Of a stretch of DNA of 64,000 bases, positions 1 to 12,003 are shown piece after piece; position 1 is the first letter of the stretch, and every line of letters begins with the position of its first letter. Source of the DNA: Chrysomallon squamiferum (taxonomy: Eukaryota; Animalia; Mollusca); assembly GCA_012295275.1 (NCBI GenBank), contig CM022668.1, positions 4,340,001 through 4,404,000 on the forward strand. The letters are read 5' to 3'. A program made the translations under genes and the position numbers. The notes beneath the pieces were generated by a model. It made no database searches. It was not told the origin of the DNA and saw only the letters and a program-made list of their open reading frames with translations.

Positions 1-379
1 GATTAAAAAGAGAGAAGAAAGAAATAACAATTCGGTGATTTTATTATTACTATTATTTATTTATTACATTACAATACATCTATCTATCTGATGTAAGAGA
101 AAGTAAATTGCGTTAATTTTATTTTTGTTTTGTTTCAGAATCAGACACCATTACACATCCTTAACAGCGGAAAGTACTGAATACATAAATTACCAACTAT
201 GATTATTAGTAGTAACGTATGTGAAAACGGTACAACAAATAAATGTTCGTAACGTTTGGGTAAGTATTTCAGTCTATAACTATATACACACCTAATTTTG
301 ATCAATGTGATAGTGACATCATATTGAATCTGTATTTTCCTGGAAACTAAACACATGCTGTAGGAAAATCGCAAAGTAC

Positions 380-1059
380 TGAGTCAGTAATTCGGGGAAA
401 ACCTTTACTTTTATTTAGAATTTTTCCTAACTGGTTTGTCTAATCAGTAACCTACAACTGATGTGAGTCGCTAATAGAACAGACAACCATTATACCCACA
501 CAAAAAACATACATTTTTATTTTTTGTTTTCATTAATGATCCGTATTCAGTACAAATAAACTCTTTAGCTAACATTACCATCACCAGTTAATCGCCACGA
601 ACTGCGCATGCTTTCGCTAAGCTACGGTGCTGTTCGATTGTTGCAAACCGGTTTTTATTTCTCACAGTTTGAAACGTACATTTTCAAGAAAGCGTCATTC
701 TCTATGTTTTCTGGTTTTAGCCCAGACAATCATCAGCAACCGGTTTTGGCTGCCAGGTATCTTGACATTACAAACGAACAGGGATTTAAGCAAGGGAAAA
801 TCCCTTTTTGGAAAGTCGTGGAAGGGAATGTGCTGATCAAGTTATAAATATAATTCCACTGAAGGATAGAATATTTAAGCTTGTACTAGCTGTGGACTGG
901 TAGGTAAAAGCGTAACGTAGTTTAAAAGAATCAATTATTGTCTAAAAACAACCAGTTATTGTCTTAAAACAACGTGTTAATGTTATTAACATTGTGACAG
1001 TGTTAGGTTTCGTTGATTTTAATGAGTCGGTCATGGAACAAATACGAAACGAAATGAAA
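380..1059 (+). promoter_or_regulatory. Putative immune/stress-responsive promoter region of the caspase
   Basis: AP-1 TGAGTCA at 380-386; kB-like GGGGAAAACC at 394-403; consensus kB site GGGAAAATCCC at 794-804 (reverse strand GGGATTTTCC = GGGRNNYYCC); IRF-like GAAACGAAATGAAA at 1046-1059; locally more CpG. Short motif matches only. Confidence 0.4.
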
Positions 1060-1658
1060 TCGTTATTTCAGACGTTTTTAAAACTTTAACTTAAACGTTA
1101 AACTATTTCAGCAGTCATTGAGTTTGAACTTAAGTTTTCTCTTTTGATTAATAATAAATAATATACGTACTTCATTAATAGTTACTTTTCCCAAAACATA
1201 TTTTTAAATATAATTAATTATTCATTACTGTTGCTTTTTATTGATCGGTTTTAACAAGTACCTTCCCATATCTGTAAGGAATATTTGATTATTGATGGTA
1301 ATAACAATAACAACAACAACAAAAAATAGTCCAGTACTCGATAAACAAAATTTAATCAGTAAACTACCAAGGTTTGGTATATCGTTGGATATAAATTGTA
1401 ATGAAAATTAATGACTGCTGTCTGTTTAGTACATATGCTGATATTGTCACATATTTACCCCAGTTACTGACCAGGAAACAAAAATATACTAAATGCTAAG
1501 ACTGATGTTTGCTTACAGAAGTGAAAACATATAATATATATTTTATGCATCACCCCCAGTTATTTAATTGTATGCTTAATTTAAACTCAAACTGTGTCTG
1601 TATATTTTCCTCCAAACAATAACTGTATACCCTGTGTTTAATAAATAAAAAAAACAAA

Positions 1659-4052
1659 ATGACTAACACTTTGCGAATGGATGCAGAGGACGAGGGAGGT
1701 GTTGATTTCAGATGTGTACTACTTGAAGTTGATGGTGACCTGCACAAGGAGGACATTGATTCACTGAAATTCTTGTGTCGCGAGTTTGCTCCATTGAGTC
1801 GACTGGAACATATAAAGAACGGAACTGAACTGTTCAGCCTTCTTGAGAAAACAGGCCAACTGAAAGAAACAAATAAGTGGCTTTTGGCCGAGATGTTAAA
1901 ACGTATTATGAGGTTAGATCTGGTGGAAACATTGCAGGTTGATGAGAAAGAACTGGATAGATATCTGTCCACGTATGGATCACATTTTTCACCATACAGA
2001 AATCTACTTCTTGATCTTTCTGATGAAATTGGTGAAGAAGACTTTCATAAGTTGCTGTTTTTTTCTGGAGACATTCCTAGAGCAAAGCAACAAAAGATTC
2101 ACAGTGTGCTGGATTTTTTTCTCATTCTTGAACAGATAAAAAAAATTAGTCCTGAAAATGTTGACATTTTGGAAGGTTCTCTTAAGCAGATAGGAAGATT
2201 AGATTTAGTAGAAAAAATAAAGAACTTCAAACAGAAGATGAATGTAAATATAACCTCTACAGCGGATCAGTCAGCTGTGATTAGGACTGCAAATAAACCT
2301 GAAGAACCAATACCAAAGATGCAAGTAGAATATCCCAGTGAGCCAACTAAGCCTGATAGGACAACAGCAAATGTTGTACCAGAGAATCCTCAACCAACAC
2401 AAAGTCCTTCTTCAGAACCAGGTAAAAAAAACTTCTTAAATGACCCAAGAATCATAAAACTGACAACTTGATTTGTATTGTAACTTTATTTTGAAAATAA
2501 ATTAATGTAGAAATATTCCTATGAATGATAAGATTACATCAGTATTTCCGTAATTAACATACTTTAACTTATCTCATTAGTTCTGTCAATAATTTCAACT
2601 GTTCTATTATTTGTTCCATAGAATTTCAACATTGCTGTATAAACAATAAAATGGAAAATGTCAGCATCTATAATTACTCAGTCTAATTATTTTTATTCAA
2701 ATACTATATTGTTAGCGAACATTTTTCACAATAAACTAATAAAATCATTAATTTATAAATATGTATTCATAATGTATTTACACTTTTTGTCCACATTTCA
2801 AAATATTCACTTCAAATTGAAATGCTTAATTATACTTGTTTCTATTTATTAAGATTTTTATTTTCATTTTAATTTGTTCTTCAGTTTGCTGTTAAAATTT
2901 GTAGATCTGTATTTAAGTAGTGATTCCCTGGTTTCATTTCTGAATTAATATGGTTATATCGTTTTGACATACCAACAATGTTCTCACTTACAAAGACGAG
3001 GGATTATCTTTAGTTTTCTATTTTTTTATTTGTCTGTTTATTTATTACATTTTGTTCATTATTCATTCATTCATTGATTCATTTCATCATCATTATAATT
3101 ATAATCATTGTCTCATATTATTATTATCACATTTGTTTATTTATGTTAAATGTTGTTAATTTTTAATTATTATTTCATTCATTTCTCATATATATATCTA
3201 TATATATTTTTTCCAGCTATACCTGATACACTAATCCGTGATATTGCTCTGCATATATCAAACACGCAGTTCTTTGCCCTTGGAACCCAGTTGAATATTC
3301 CTGACTTAACACTACAAAATTTGAGTCAGTATTATCATTCACCTCTTGAGAGAAATACTAAGATGATCAAACTGTGGCTCCAAATGATAAATAGCACTCA
3401 TGATAGAAAAAAGATAATAACAGATTTGTCCAAGGCCATGAGGAACTGTGAAATGACACAAACAGCAGCAGCACTGGAAACCATGTTTGAAATACAGCCG
3501 CAAGGTAATGTTTTAGTTTGAAGTAAATCAGCTCTCTGAAAACACAAAACAGTTGGCAAATATTCTAGAGTTCAGAGAGTGTAAAGTTTAAGCTATTTCA
3601 GTGTCATTACCATTATCCCTCAAGATTTGATCACAAACTTTCATTCACCAGTGACTAAATTTCTTTATGATTTTATGTCACAAATTACATTTTATATGTG
3701 TGTGTGTGATTTTTATCTATATCTAAAGTTCTATCTGCTGTTTTTATTTTTCATGAAAATATTTTGGTTTCAGATCCTGAGATCAGCAGAAGAGGACAAA
3801 GGGCACATGAAGCTAACAGAACAGGTAATTGTACATTTTATAAATTTTTCATTGCTTTCAGAGAAATTTATTTTTCTAATAATGAAGCACAGAATAAGAA
3901 GATTATTTGAGATTTGTTACTTTTTAAACAATGTTTTCACTTACATGGAACATTCTACTTCCAAAAATCAGCAATTATCTTTATTTTTCTTTTTTCTGTT
4001 TGTCTATTTATTTACTACATTTTGTTCTTTGCTCATTCATTCATCATTGTTA

Positions 4053-4090
<38 letters not shown>

Positions 4091-7000
4091 TTGTTAATTT
4101 ATTAAATTTTCTTAATCATAATTTCAATCCTTTTTCATATTTTGTTTTTTTCATTTTATCTCTTTTTTCAGAGAGTGAAATAGTTAAACTATTTAGGAGT
4201 CATTACCAAAATTCTGTCTGCTGTTTTTATTTTTTATGAAAATATTTTGGTTTCAGATCCTGAGATCAGCATTACAGAACGAAGAGCAGATGAAGCTACC
4301 ACAACAGGTAAATATACATTTTATTAATTTTAAATTGCTGTTGAACAACATTTTTTTCTAATAAAGATCAGAATAAAAAGATATTTTTCTAATAAAGAAG
4401 AAGAGAATAAGAAGACATTTGAGACTTTGTTACTTTTTAAACAGTCAGTATAAATGTGTTTACATTGAATTAATTGTTTTTTAAGTCTAAATACTTTTAT
4501 TCAAATACTATGTTATTAGCAAACATTTATCACCAGGAAACTGATAAGATCAGTAATTCATAAATATGTATACAAAATATATTTAAACTATTTGTTTGCA
4601 TTTGTGTGAGTGTTTTATTTATGTGTGTGTGAAATGTTTATTTATGTCGAAAGTTCTATCTGCTGTTTTTATTTTTTATGAAAATATTTTGGTTTCAGAC
4701 CCTGAGATCAGCATAAGAGATCAAAGGACCCATGAAGCTAACAGAACAGGTAATTATACATTTTATAAATTTTTCATTGCTTTTAGAGAAATTTGTTTTT
4801 CTAATAATGAAGTACAGAATAAGAACATATTTGAGATTTTGTTACTTTTTAAATAGAAAGTATAAAGCTGTTTACTTCCAGTTGATTTTATTATTTGTTT
4901 TGGAGGCCAGTCTTTTCTATTTAAAATATACGAGAAACTTTGTATTATCACAGGTCAAGTAAACATAAACATTTAACATAAATTTAATGTGATCATAATA
5001 TTGACATGCAATATTGCTAGTCAACAACACTCGAATTTAATAATAAAGGTCATTTGTTTCTGGTACTTTTTCCAAACAAAAATGTGACCTAGATCTGGTA
5101 CCATCATGTATTTTATTTCTATTTTTTGAAAGAACAACAAGAAATGATTCACCTGCATAGTTCTACTCTTTGTTATTTTATCATTTTATGTTATTATTAG
5201 CAAATAATTGACATCACAAAAGAAATAAAGAAATCAGATTAAGCTGCATATATTTTAATTTTATAGCAGAACTTACTTTGAGTTGTGTTACTTATTTATT
5301 AACTTTTAATTTTTCAATTATTTATTGAAAATCACCAGCAAATCAGATTCCAGATGTCGTACAGCAGTTAGAAAGAACTGATGTAGACAGTGATCCTGTC
5401 CCCTACTACAAAATGGATGCTAATCCTGCAGGTATATTTTCAAATATTGTTTTTACTAATTTGGAAAAATGCCTCTAGTAGATTTGGCAAGCAATATAGA
5501 TGTATGTCACACATACATATTCATTCATTTTTTTATGCCTTTGTGATTTGTTTGGTGATGTTTACACAGACCTGTACTGCTAGAGATTTGAATTCTCGAG
5601 TGTATAAGTCATGATTCCCTGCTCTTATTCCAGCTACTATATCATAATGAGTGATTCATAAACACAGACCCAGTCTGGGCTCTCCACATTCATTTCACTG
5701 TATCTGTCCCTCATTCTTTCTCTCTGTTTCTCTTTGTCTGTCTCCCTTAAATATATGTTTTTTACTGTTTTATTCTAGGAATATGTTTAATAATCAACAA
5801 CAGAGATTTTTACGTTGATGAAGTGAGGCCAGAAGCTAAAATGTTGCCAAATAGAGAGGGAACTGATGTAGATGCTGGTAAGTTTTACTTTTAAAGAGAA
5901 TAGCAGCCATCACAAAACAACAACTATAGTAATAATTAAAATAACAGCATTAGTAACAATAACAATAATAATTATAATAAAAATAGTTTTAACAACAAAT
6001 AATAAGATAGTGATTATAATAAAAACAACAACAACAATAATAATAATGAAAGTTTGTTTATGTATGGCATTAGCTCTCATTTTCTCTCTCCTTCGCTTAC
6101 TCTGATTCCTTTATAGTGTTTTGTAGATGAAATTCATTCAATATTTAGAAATATGTAGAGAGATTTATTCACTTACATAAGTATGTGCCATTGTTTTCAC
6201 CTTTCAGAATATATATATGTCATAAACGAAAACAATGCTCAAACACCATCTATTACAAAAATAATATTTTTGTTTGGTTCAGACCCAACATACACATACA
6301 TACACATCAATATTACATACCTAGTTTTAGAATATGTAAATAAATTTTATTTCTAGTTAAGCTGAAAGAAACTTTTAAGAATCTTCAACTCATCATCCAA
6401 TACAAAGAAAATTTGTCTGACACTGACATGGTTCAGACTGTAAATCAGCTGGGTTTGTCTGATCACCGTGACTATGACTGTTTTGTGTGTTGTATTTTGT
6501 CACATGGAACTGAAGGTGCAATATACGGAAGTAATGGTTGTCTTGTAAAGATCAGAGACTTGACTGCACCATTTAGATCTCAGTCATGTCCAACACTGAG
6601 TGGGAAACCAAAGTTGTTTTTTATACAGGCTTGTCAGGGGAAGCAAAAGACAACCAGGTATGTATGATAGGCACATTATTATTCATTGAAGCTGTTAAAA
6701 TAATTTCTCAAAACTACAGTCATGAATACCCATTTTAATTTAGCTATGGGTCATTCTGTGTCAAATCACCCAATGGGTTAAACCCGACCGTCTCAGATTT
6801 TGAAATCTGAAATATTAGCCCAATCGGATCAGTGGTGTGGGAGATATGGCCCACCAAATTTTGAGGTTTTTGGTAAAAATGGGCAATACCACCAATCTTA
6901 GAACCCTCATATCTCATGAACTACTGGGCCAATCTTCATAAAATTGGTATTGTTGAAATGGCAATATGACAATACGCCAATACTGGAGCACATTGACCTA

Positions 7001-9343
7001 TTGACCTTTGCTATGACCTTGAAATTGAACGTGTGGATCATGTGCCCTTGAGATGACCTTTATTGAAATTTAATCTCCCACATGTTAACTAAAACATATA
7101 AAAAATTTCCTGGGTGTAATATTTTTTGTTTAGCCACAATATAGATTTAAAAAATGCACATAGATGAAAATAACACCTTTTCAGCCATTAACATCTGATT
7201 AACTAAAACCTGAATGATCAATTCTGGATGCTAGGAATCACCATCTTTCTTGATCATCGAGTAAGACATTGGAATCCATGTCATATTGCCTTTTTAACAA
7301 TACCAATTTTATGAAGATTGGCCCAGTAGTTCCTGAGATACAAGGGTTCTAAGGTTGGTGGTCACACCCATTTCTGCCAAAAATCTCAAAATTCAGTGGG
7401 CCATATCTCCCACACCACTGATCCAATTGGGCTAATATTACAGATTTGGTGCTGTGGGATCCCAGTCAACAAGTATACCTTAATTTATAAAAATCTGTGA
7501 TGGTTGGGTTTAAATTTGTTTTTTTGGGGGGTGATTTGACATGGAATGACCCCTATGTACATGTTATTCTGTGTGGCCTAATTCTGTGAAAATTGCCATC
7601 TCATTGTTTAATACATGAGAAAGACGTCTTGGGGCAGAATAATTTGCTACAAGTTTATACTGACATTGTCCACAAATAATAAAATTTTAATGGTTTTGTG
7701 TTTATTTGCTCTAAAATACTTCATATATAGTTACAAATATTTGTATGGGTTTGGGTATGAGTTCGAATGCTGACTAGGATTAATATTTTTAAAATATCAG
7801 AACCTGATTTTTGGTATGTTTTATTTACAGGACATGATACACAGATAGACAGTGATATTGACATGGATGCTCCACAGGCAGAAACAATCCCAAATGAAGC
7901 AGATTTTTTGTTAGGATATGCCACAGTACCAGGTTTTGTGTCTTACAGATCAAAATCAGCTGGATCCTGGTACATCACAAAACTGACTGAAATTTTAAAT
8001 AAATATGCTAAAAAGTAAGTAAATGAATTTTAGAATCATATGAAATTTTAAGTGGAAGCTTAGGAATCTGCTTAAACTAGTAGCCACAGAAACATGAATG
8101 AAAATAATTGTTAAACATCACATCATGACCAAAACAGGAAACTTCTGGTTCAAAGAGAAACCAAAGGTTTTATATACAAGTGATCAGGTAAAAAGCAGGA
8201 TACAGCAGCTGAACGATGATGAAATTTAAAAAGAAACAAATATTTTTTAAAACTGTATTGAGTTAATCTGAGTCATGGTGACATCACTGAAATGTTGTCT
8301 TGAGGATTATTTTATCAGTGTCAAAAAAAAAGTATCATCTACCTGTTCAGGAGATGAAGGTAGGTGGTTTATAAATTACTTATATTATCACAATGTTGAC
8401 TGCTCTTTTTGAAATAGATGGCAGGTTCAAACATGTTTTAGTACTGTTTATGTTTACATATTTTCAACTGTTGCATATTTAAAATATATATATAAAAAAA
8501 AACATTAAAAAAAAAAAAACTATGGTGAGATACTATTTGCTGTGACTTTGGTACTATTCTTTGTGATCTTGACTAAGTGTTTTGTATTGAACCTTTGTGA
8601 TGTCACATGTTAACTAACACTGTTAGCTGGATGATGATTTTTCTAGGCAGAACAAACTGATTACTTTAATAAAAACTGTCAATCATATAATCACAAAATT
8701 TAGTAATATACCAAGTATGTCAAATATATTTTTGAATGAATGTTGCTCTTTAAGTGCATTTTTTTTTAAAATTATTGTTTATAAATTGTTGTAAATGTTT
8801 GCAAGTTTGGGATTTTTTGTTGTTGTTTTTATATTTATTTTCTTTTGTTTTTTTATTCAATTATTGTTTTTAATGAATTATATAAATTTCATTATTTTAT
8901 TTATATTCAATTATTATCAGTTTATTTTTTTAATTAACTTTTTTCATTAGAAACATTTGTTACATATGTGACTGTATTTTAGTTAGAAGCTCCCAAGGAC
9001 AGTTCCTTTGTCATCTTGTTAACTAAAATGTACAAAATGTCATTTTCCTTCTCCTTTCAGATTATGTAACAAACTAATCAAAATATAATGGAGGTTGGGA
9101 CATATATACAGATGCGTGTGTGTGTTGTGTTTTTTAATCTTTCTATTTGTTATTAAAATATTACTATTTATTACTTTTTAAAATTTATTTTCATTTTATA
9201 TATTTTTCAGAGAGGACATCCTCAGTTTGCTGTTGTTAGTAAATAATGAAGTATGTAAAGGAAACGCCACGATGAATGATGGTACATACAAGCAGTCCCC
9301 AGCACCATTGTACACACTGAGGAAGAAGCTGATATTTGTATAA
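1659..9343 (+). CDS. CASP8: Caspase-8-like initiator caspase, DED-DED-DD-linker-p20/p10, ~670 aa after removing one apparent extra base
   Basis: Exons: 1659-2421 (two DEDs, with LKFLC and RLDL motifs), 3217-3504 (death-domain-like), 3774-3824, 4257-4307, 4699-4749 (micro-exons), 5339-5431 (YKMDANPA), 5779-5877 (GICLIINN..NREGTDVD), 6357-6657 (ILSHG..KPKLFFIQACQG), 7831-8014 (DMDA..EADFLLGYATVPGFVSYR..GSWYI), 9211-9343 (EDILSLL..KQSPAPLYTLRKKLIFV*). Tandem DEDs plus QACQG are caspase-8/10 hallmarks. All splice phases match except 6657/7831, which is off by one nt. Confidence 0.92.
3217..3504 (+). CDS. Death-domain-like cassette exon of the caspase (96 codons, phase 1-1)
   Basis: ttccag acceptor and gtaatg donor. 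AIPDTLIRDIALHISNTQFFALGTQLNIPDLTLQNL..ERNTKMIKLWLQ..ITDLSKAMRNCEMTQTAAALE follows the six-helix death-domain pattern (IA..I...F..LG..L.I....L / E...M...W / L..A....E....A..L). Recognised by eye, no HMM run. Confidence 0.75.
3690..4860 (+). repeat. Three tandem ~440-480 bp units, each carrying a 51-nt caspase micro-exon
   Basis: Each unit has ctgctgtttttatttt..atgaaaatattttggtttcag | AYCCTGAGATCAGCA..TGAAGCTA..AACAG | gtaa..catttta..aatttt..ttgttactttttaa. Exons are 3774-3824, 4257-4307 and 4699-4749. Confidence 0.9.
6748..7552. mobile_element. Non-autonomous DNA transposon (MITE) with long TIRs, Sola2-like
   Basis: Left end GGGTCATTCTGTGTCAAATCACCC and right end GGGTGATTTGACATGGAATGACCC are reverse complements. 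Inverted similarity covers ~6748-6970 vs ~7280-7552. A 4-bp direct repeat CTAT lies at 6744-6747 and 7553-7556. GGG termini, 4-bp TSD and long TIRs fit Sola2. No transposase ORF. Confidence 0.8.
8150..8424 (+). pseudogene. Possible decayed caspase p20-end/p10 remnant inside a caspase intron
   Basis: gagaaaccaaaggttttatatacaagtgatcagg resembles the KPKLFFIQACQG exon DNA. It is followed by EDYFIS..VSS..EGRWFINYL (cf. EADFLL..VSY..GSWYITKL), then atcacaatgttgactgctc (cf. atcacaaaactgactgaaa) ending ag|gt. Contains stops and frameshifts. Confidence 0.35.
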
Positions 9344-10220
9344 TTATTTTAAACTGTAAGTTATTTGCAGTTGACGTTTTCCACAATTAACTAAATATTA
9401 TTTCAGAGCAAATTATTGAAACCCTCTTACACTTCCTGTCTATCTGTGCTAACATCAGTGAGGGGTATGTACTGAAGGAACTTAAAAAAAAAAAAAAAAA
9501 AAAAAAATAATAATAATAATAAAAAAAATAAAAATAAAGAAACAAGCCTTAAAATTAAATAAGTTCTATATTTGAATGAAAAGACATTTACTTTGGTTCC
9601 ATTTTACATTTATTTCTTATTCATGTATGTAGTTTTATTGAACTAAATACAATGAATGCATTTTAGTTATAAAAAATTATATATATATATATATATTTCT
9701 TCTTTTTTTTTGATAAGACGAAAGGAATTCTGTAAACTTTAATGTTATAATTTCTTGCTAAAGTGAATAAACAAACATTTGGAACATTTTCAATCAATTG
9801 CTTTGTTTGTTTGTTAAGGAGGATACAATGTAGGTTCTGGCAGCATAGCTGATATAATTGGTCAAACTGTTAAAAGTTCCAATTTTTTCCATTTTCCTCC
9901 ACTCCCAAATCCCTTCTATAAAAAACAAATACATGGAAATAAAGATCATTGTGTGTTCTTGTAAATGGTGATGTTGTTTTTATTGTGTGTTAAACCAGCC
10001 CTTTGTACAAGAATGGTAAATGTGGTGGGGATAAACGCACTTCAGCAATTAACAGCATGGAGTAAAAAGTCCTAAAATAGGGTCTACAAACGCTTGGCTT
10101 GTTTTCACCAAAATGACTTCAATGTTATTTTTAGCATGGCTAGGAGTGTCAAAGTTCAATCTTGTCGCTGGCAATGGTTATATCAAAAGTTGTGTCCAAA
10201 AATGTACCTTTTCTTGTCTT

Positions 10221-11375
10221 CAATCTGTGTTTCAGTGCAGTTCAGGATTTGGTATAGGTATTATCTGTACTCTTCAGTAATTCCTTCACAACTGTCAGTG
10301 ACAGTTGTTTCTTCATTTCTTGATTATTTCTGTCCTTATTTTTTTATTAACAAAAGACATAAATGTACAGACATATTCTCATAACTTCTGAAGTTCTGTA
10401 GGTCGTTTATGCACACAATGTCTGTATCTTAATTAGAACCTCCCAAGGAATGTTCCTTTTCATTCTCCTTTCAGATCCTTTACCAAACCAATACAAATAT
10501 AATGCAACTGGAATATTACTATTTATTACATCTTTAAATTTATTTTCATTTTATTTTTCAGAAAGGACATCCTAAGGACATCCTACATTAATAAATGAGA
10601 AAGTAGGAGAAAAATTCAAGTTGAAGGATGATTGTATGATGAAGCAATCAACATATTTCAGCTCACTGAGGAAGAAGGTGATATTCCAGTGAAGGACATT
10701 ATTTTTCATTTGTTTATATTTCCTACAATCAGTGCCAACAACAATGAACTATACATTTGCAAGTGATTGCTTTATTTGTTTGCTTGTCAAGGATGATTAT
10801 ATAATATTCAAAATAACTGATTCTTAATTAATGGTGTAGTAAAATTTAATTTGTTTAAAGAAATATAAAAATAGTATCTAGTTTCTTGATTGTTTATCCA
10901 GTTTAATATGCATTAATGTTCTAAAGATAATATATATTAATAACAATTTTGTATATAATTTTGTGTATAATTATGAATCATGTAATTCGTAAAGGAATTT
11001 AATTTTGAGTTTGAGATGTATTCTACATGTGTATTGTAAATAAATGAGTACATTGCAAATGCTGAGGCATTTAATTTGGCTCGAGTTTGAAATGTGTATC
11101 TGCATGAGGGTTAAAGAAAGAAGAGAGGGAATTTTGCTCTTTTTTTTAAGCTTTTAAATTTTTTTTTATTGTTTTATTTTTTTTTAAAACACAATCTGTG
11201 TTTCTGTGCAATTCAGGATTTGGTGTCTAGTATTATCTGTACTCTTCTGTAATTCCTTCACAAAATTAACATTAGTACATTAGTTTTCACTTTCACTTTT
11301 TTTTTTTATATATATATTCGTAATCGTACAGAGGCATATTTTCATAACTTCTGCTGGTTGTTTATGTACACAATC
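10221..11375 (+). repeat. Direct repeat pair (~10221-10420 and ~11192-11375) downstream of the caspase
   Basis: caatctgtgtttc.gtgca.ttcaggatttggt..agtattatctgtactcttc.gtaattccttcacaa occurs in both, followed later by catatt.tcataacttctg. Confidence 0.8.
10562..10692 (+). pseudogene. Diverged duplicate of the caspase terminal exon (pseudo-exon or alternative last exon)
   Basis: ttttcag acceptor, then KDIL..TLINEKVGEKFKLKDDCMMKQSTYFSSLRKKVIFQ* vs KEDILSLLLLVNNEV..KQSPAPLYTLRKKLIFV*. It needs a 1-nt correction near the aaggacatcct duplication. Upstream intron ~10425-10560 matches ~8970-9210. Confidence 0.75.
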
Positions 11376-12003
11376 ACACATAAAAACTGTTTATTAAATA
11401 ACACAAAAAGGTCACATTTTCTTTTCTTTTTTTTATGTTTTATTTTTCTCAACTGTATATAAATTCAAAAGTAACTTCACACATACAAAAATAAGTCAAC
11501 AATACAAACTTCATTTTTATAACAAAACCATAAATACTTACCTAAATCTCTAGAAATTATATATTTTAAAAAATATAAATTTCCAAATTAGTTCTGTATG
11601 TGTTCTACAAAGAAATTGCTTATGCAACGCTTGTAAATAAGTTGGTATATCGCAGATGGTGAGTAACTTAAAAATCTGGAAACTGCCACATCTGCTTTTG
11701 CAAGTGAGAGAATCCACTTTAATATTATTAATACTACTAGTACTTGCAGCCGTAGCATGGTATGAATTTATTACTTTCAAAATAATTTATAATCTTGATC
11801 TAAATTGCATATTTAAACAACTGATTTTTAAATTTTATTATCTATATCTTTCCCAGAAATACAATCGTATTTAATTTCTGCTGACAACCGATAATTACGA
11901 CCTGATTCCACAAATCTGTCAAATTAAATTACGTCGATATTTTTTCCTTTTACTATTTAGAATAATTGGAATATGTTTTTAAGTTTTCTTCGTGTTGATG
12001 TTG

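Noticed and set aside
1550-1972. Antisense and alternate-frame ORFs overlapping real exons, also at 12535-13989, 21569, 29134-30014, 32042, 55900 and 59730
   Set aside because: Shadow ORFs of coding exons with no recognisable motifs or splice support.
3690-4860. Regularly spaced repeats with variable interiors, superficially CRISPR-like
   Set aside because: Eukaryotic locus, units of 440-480 bp, splice signals explain the structure, and there are no cas genes.
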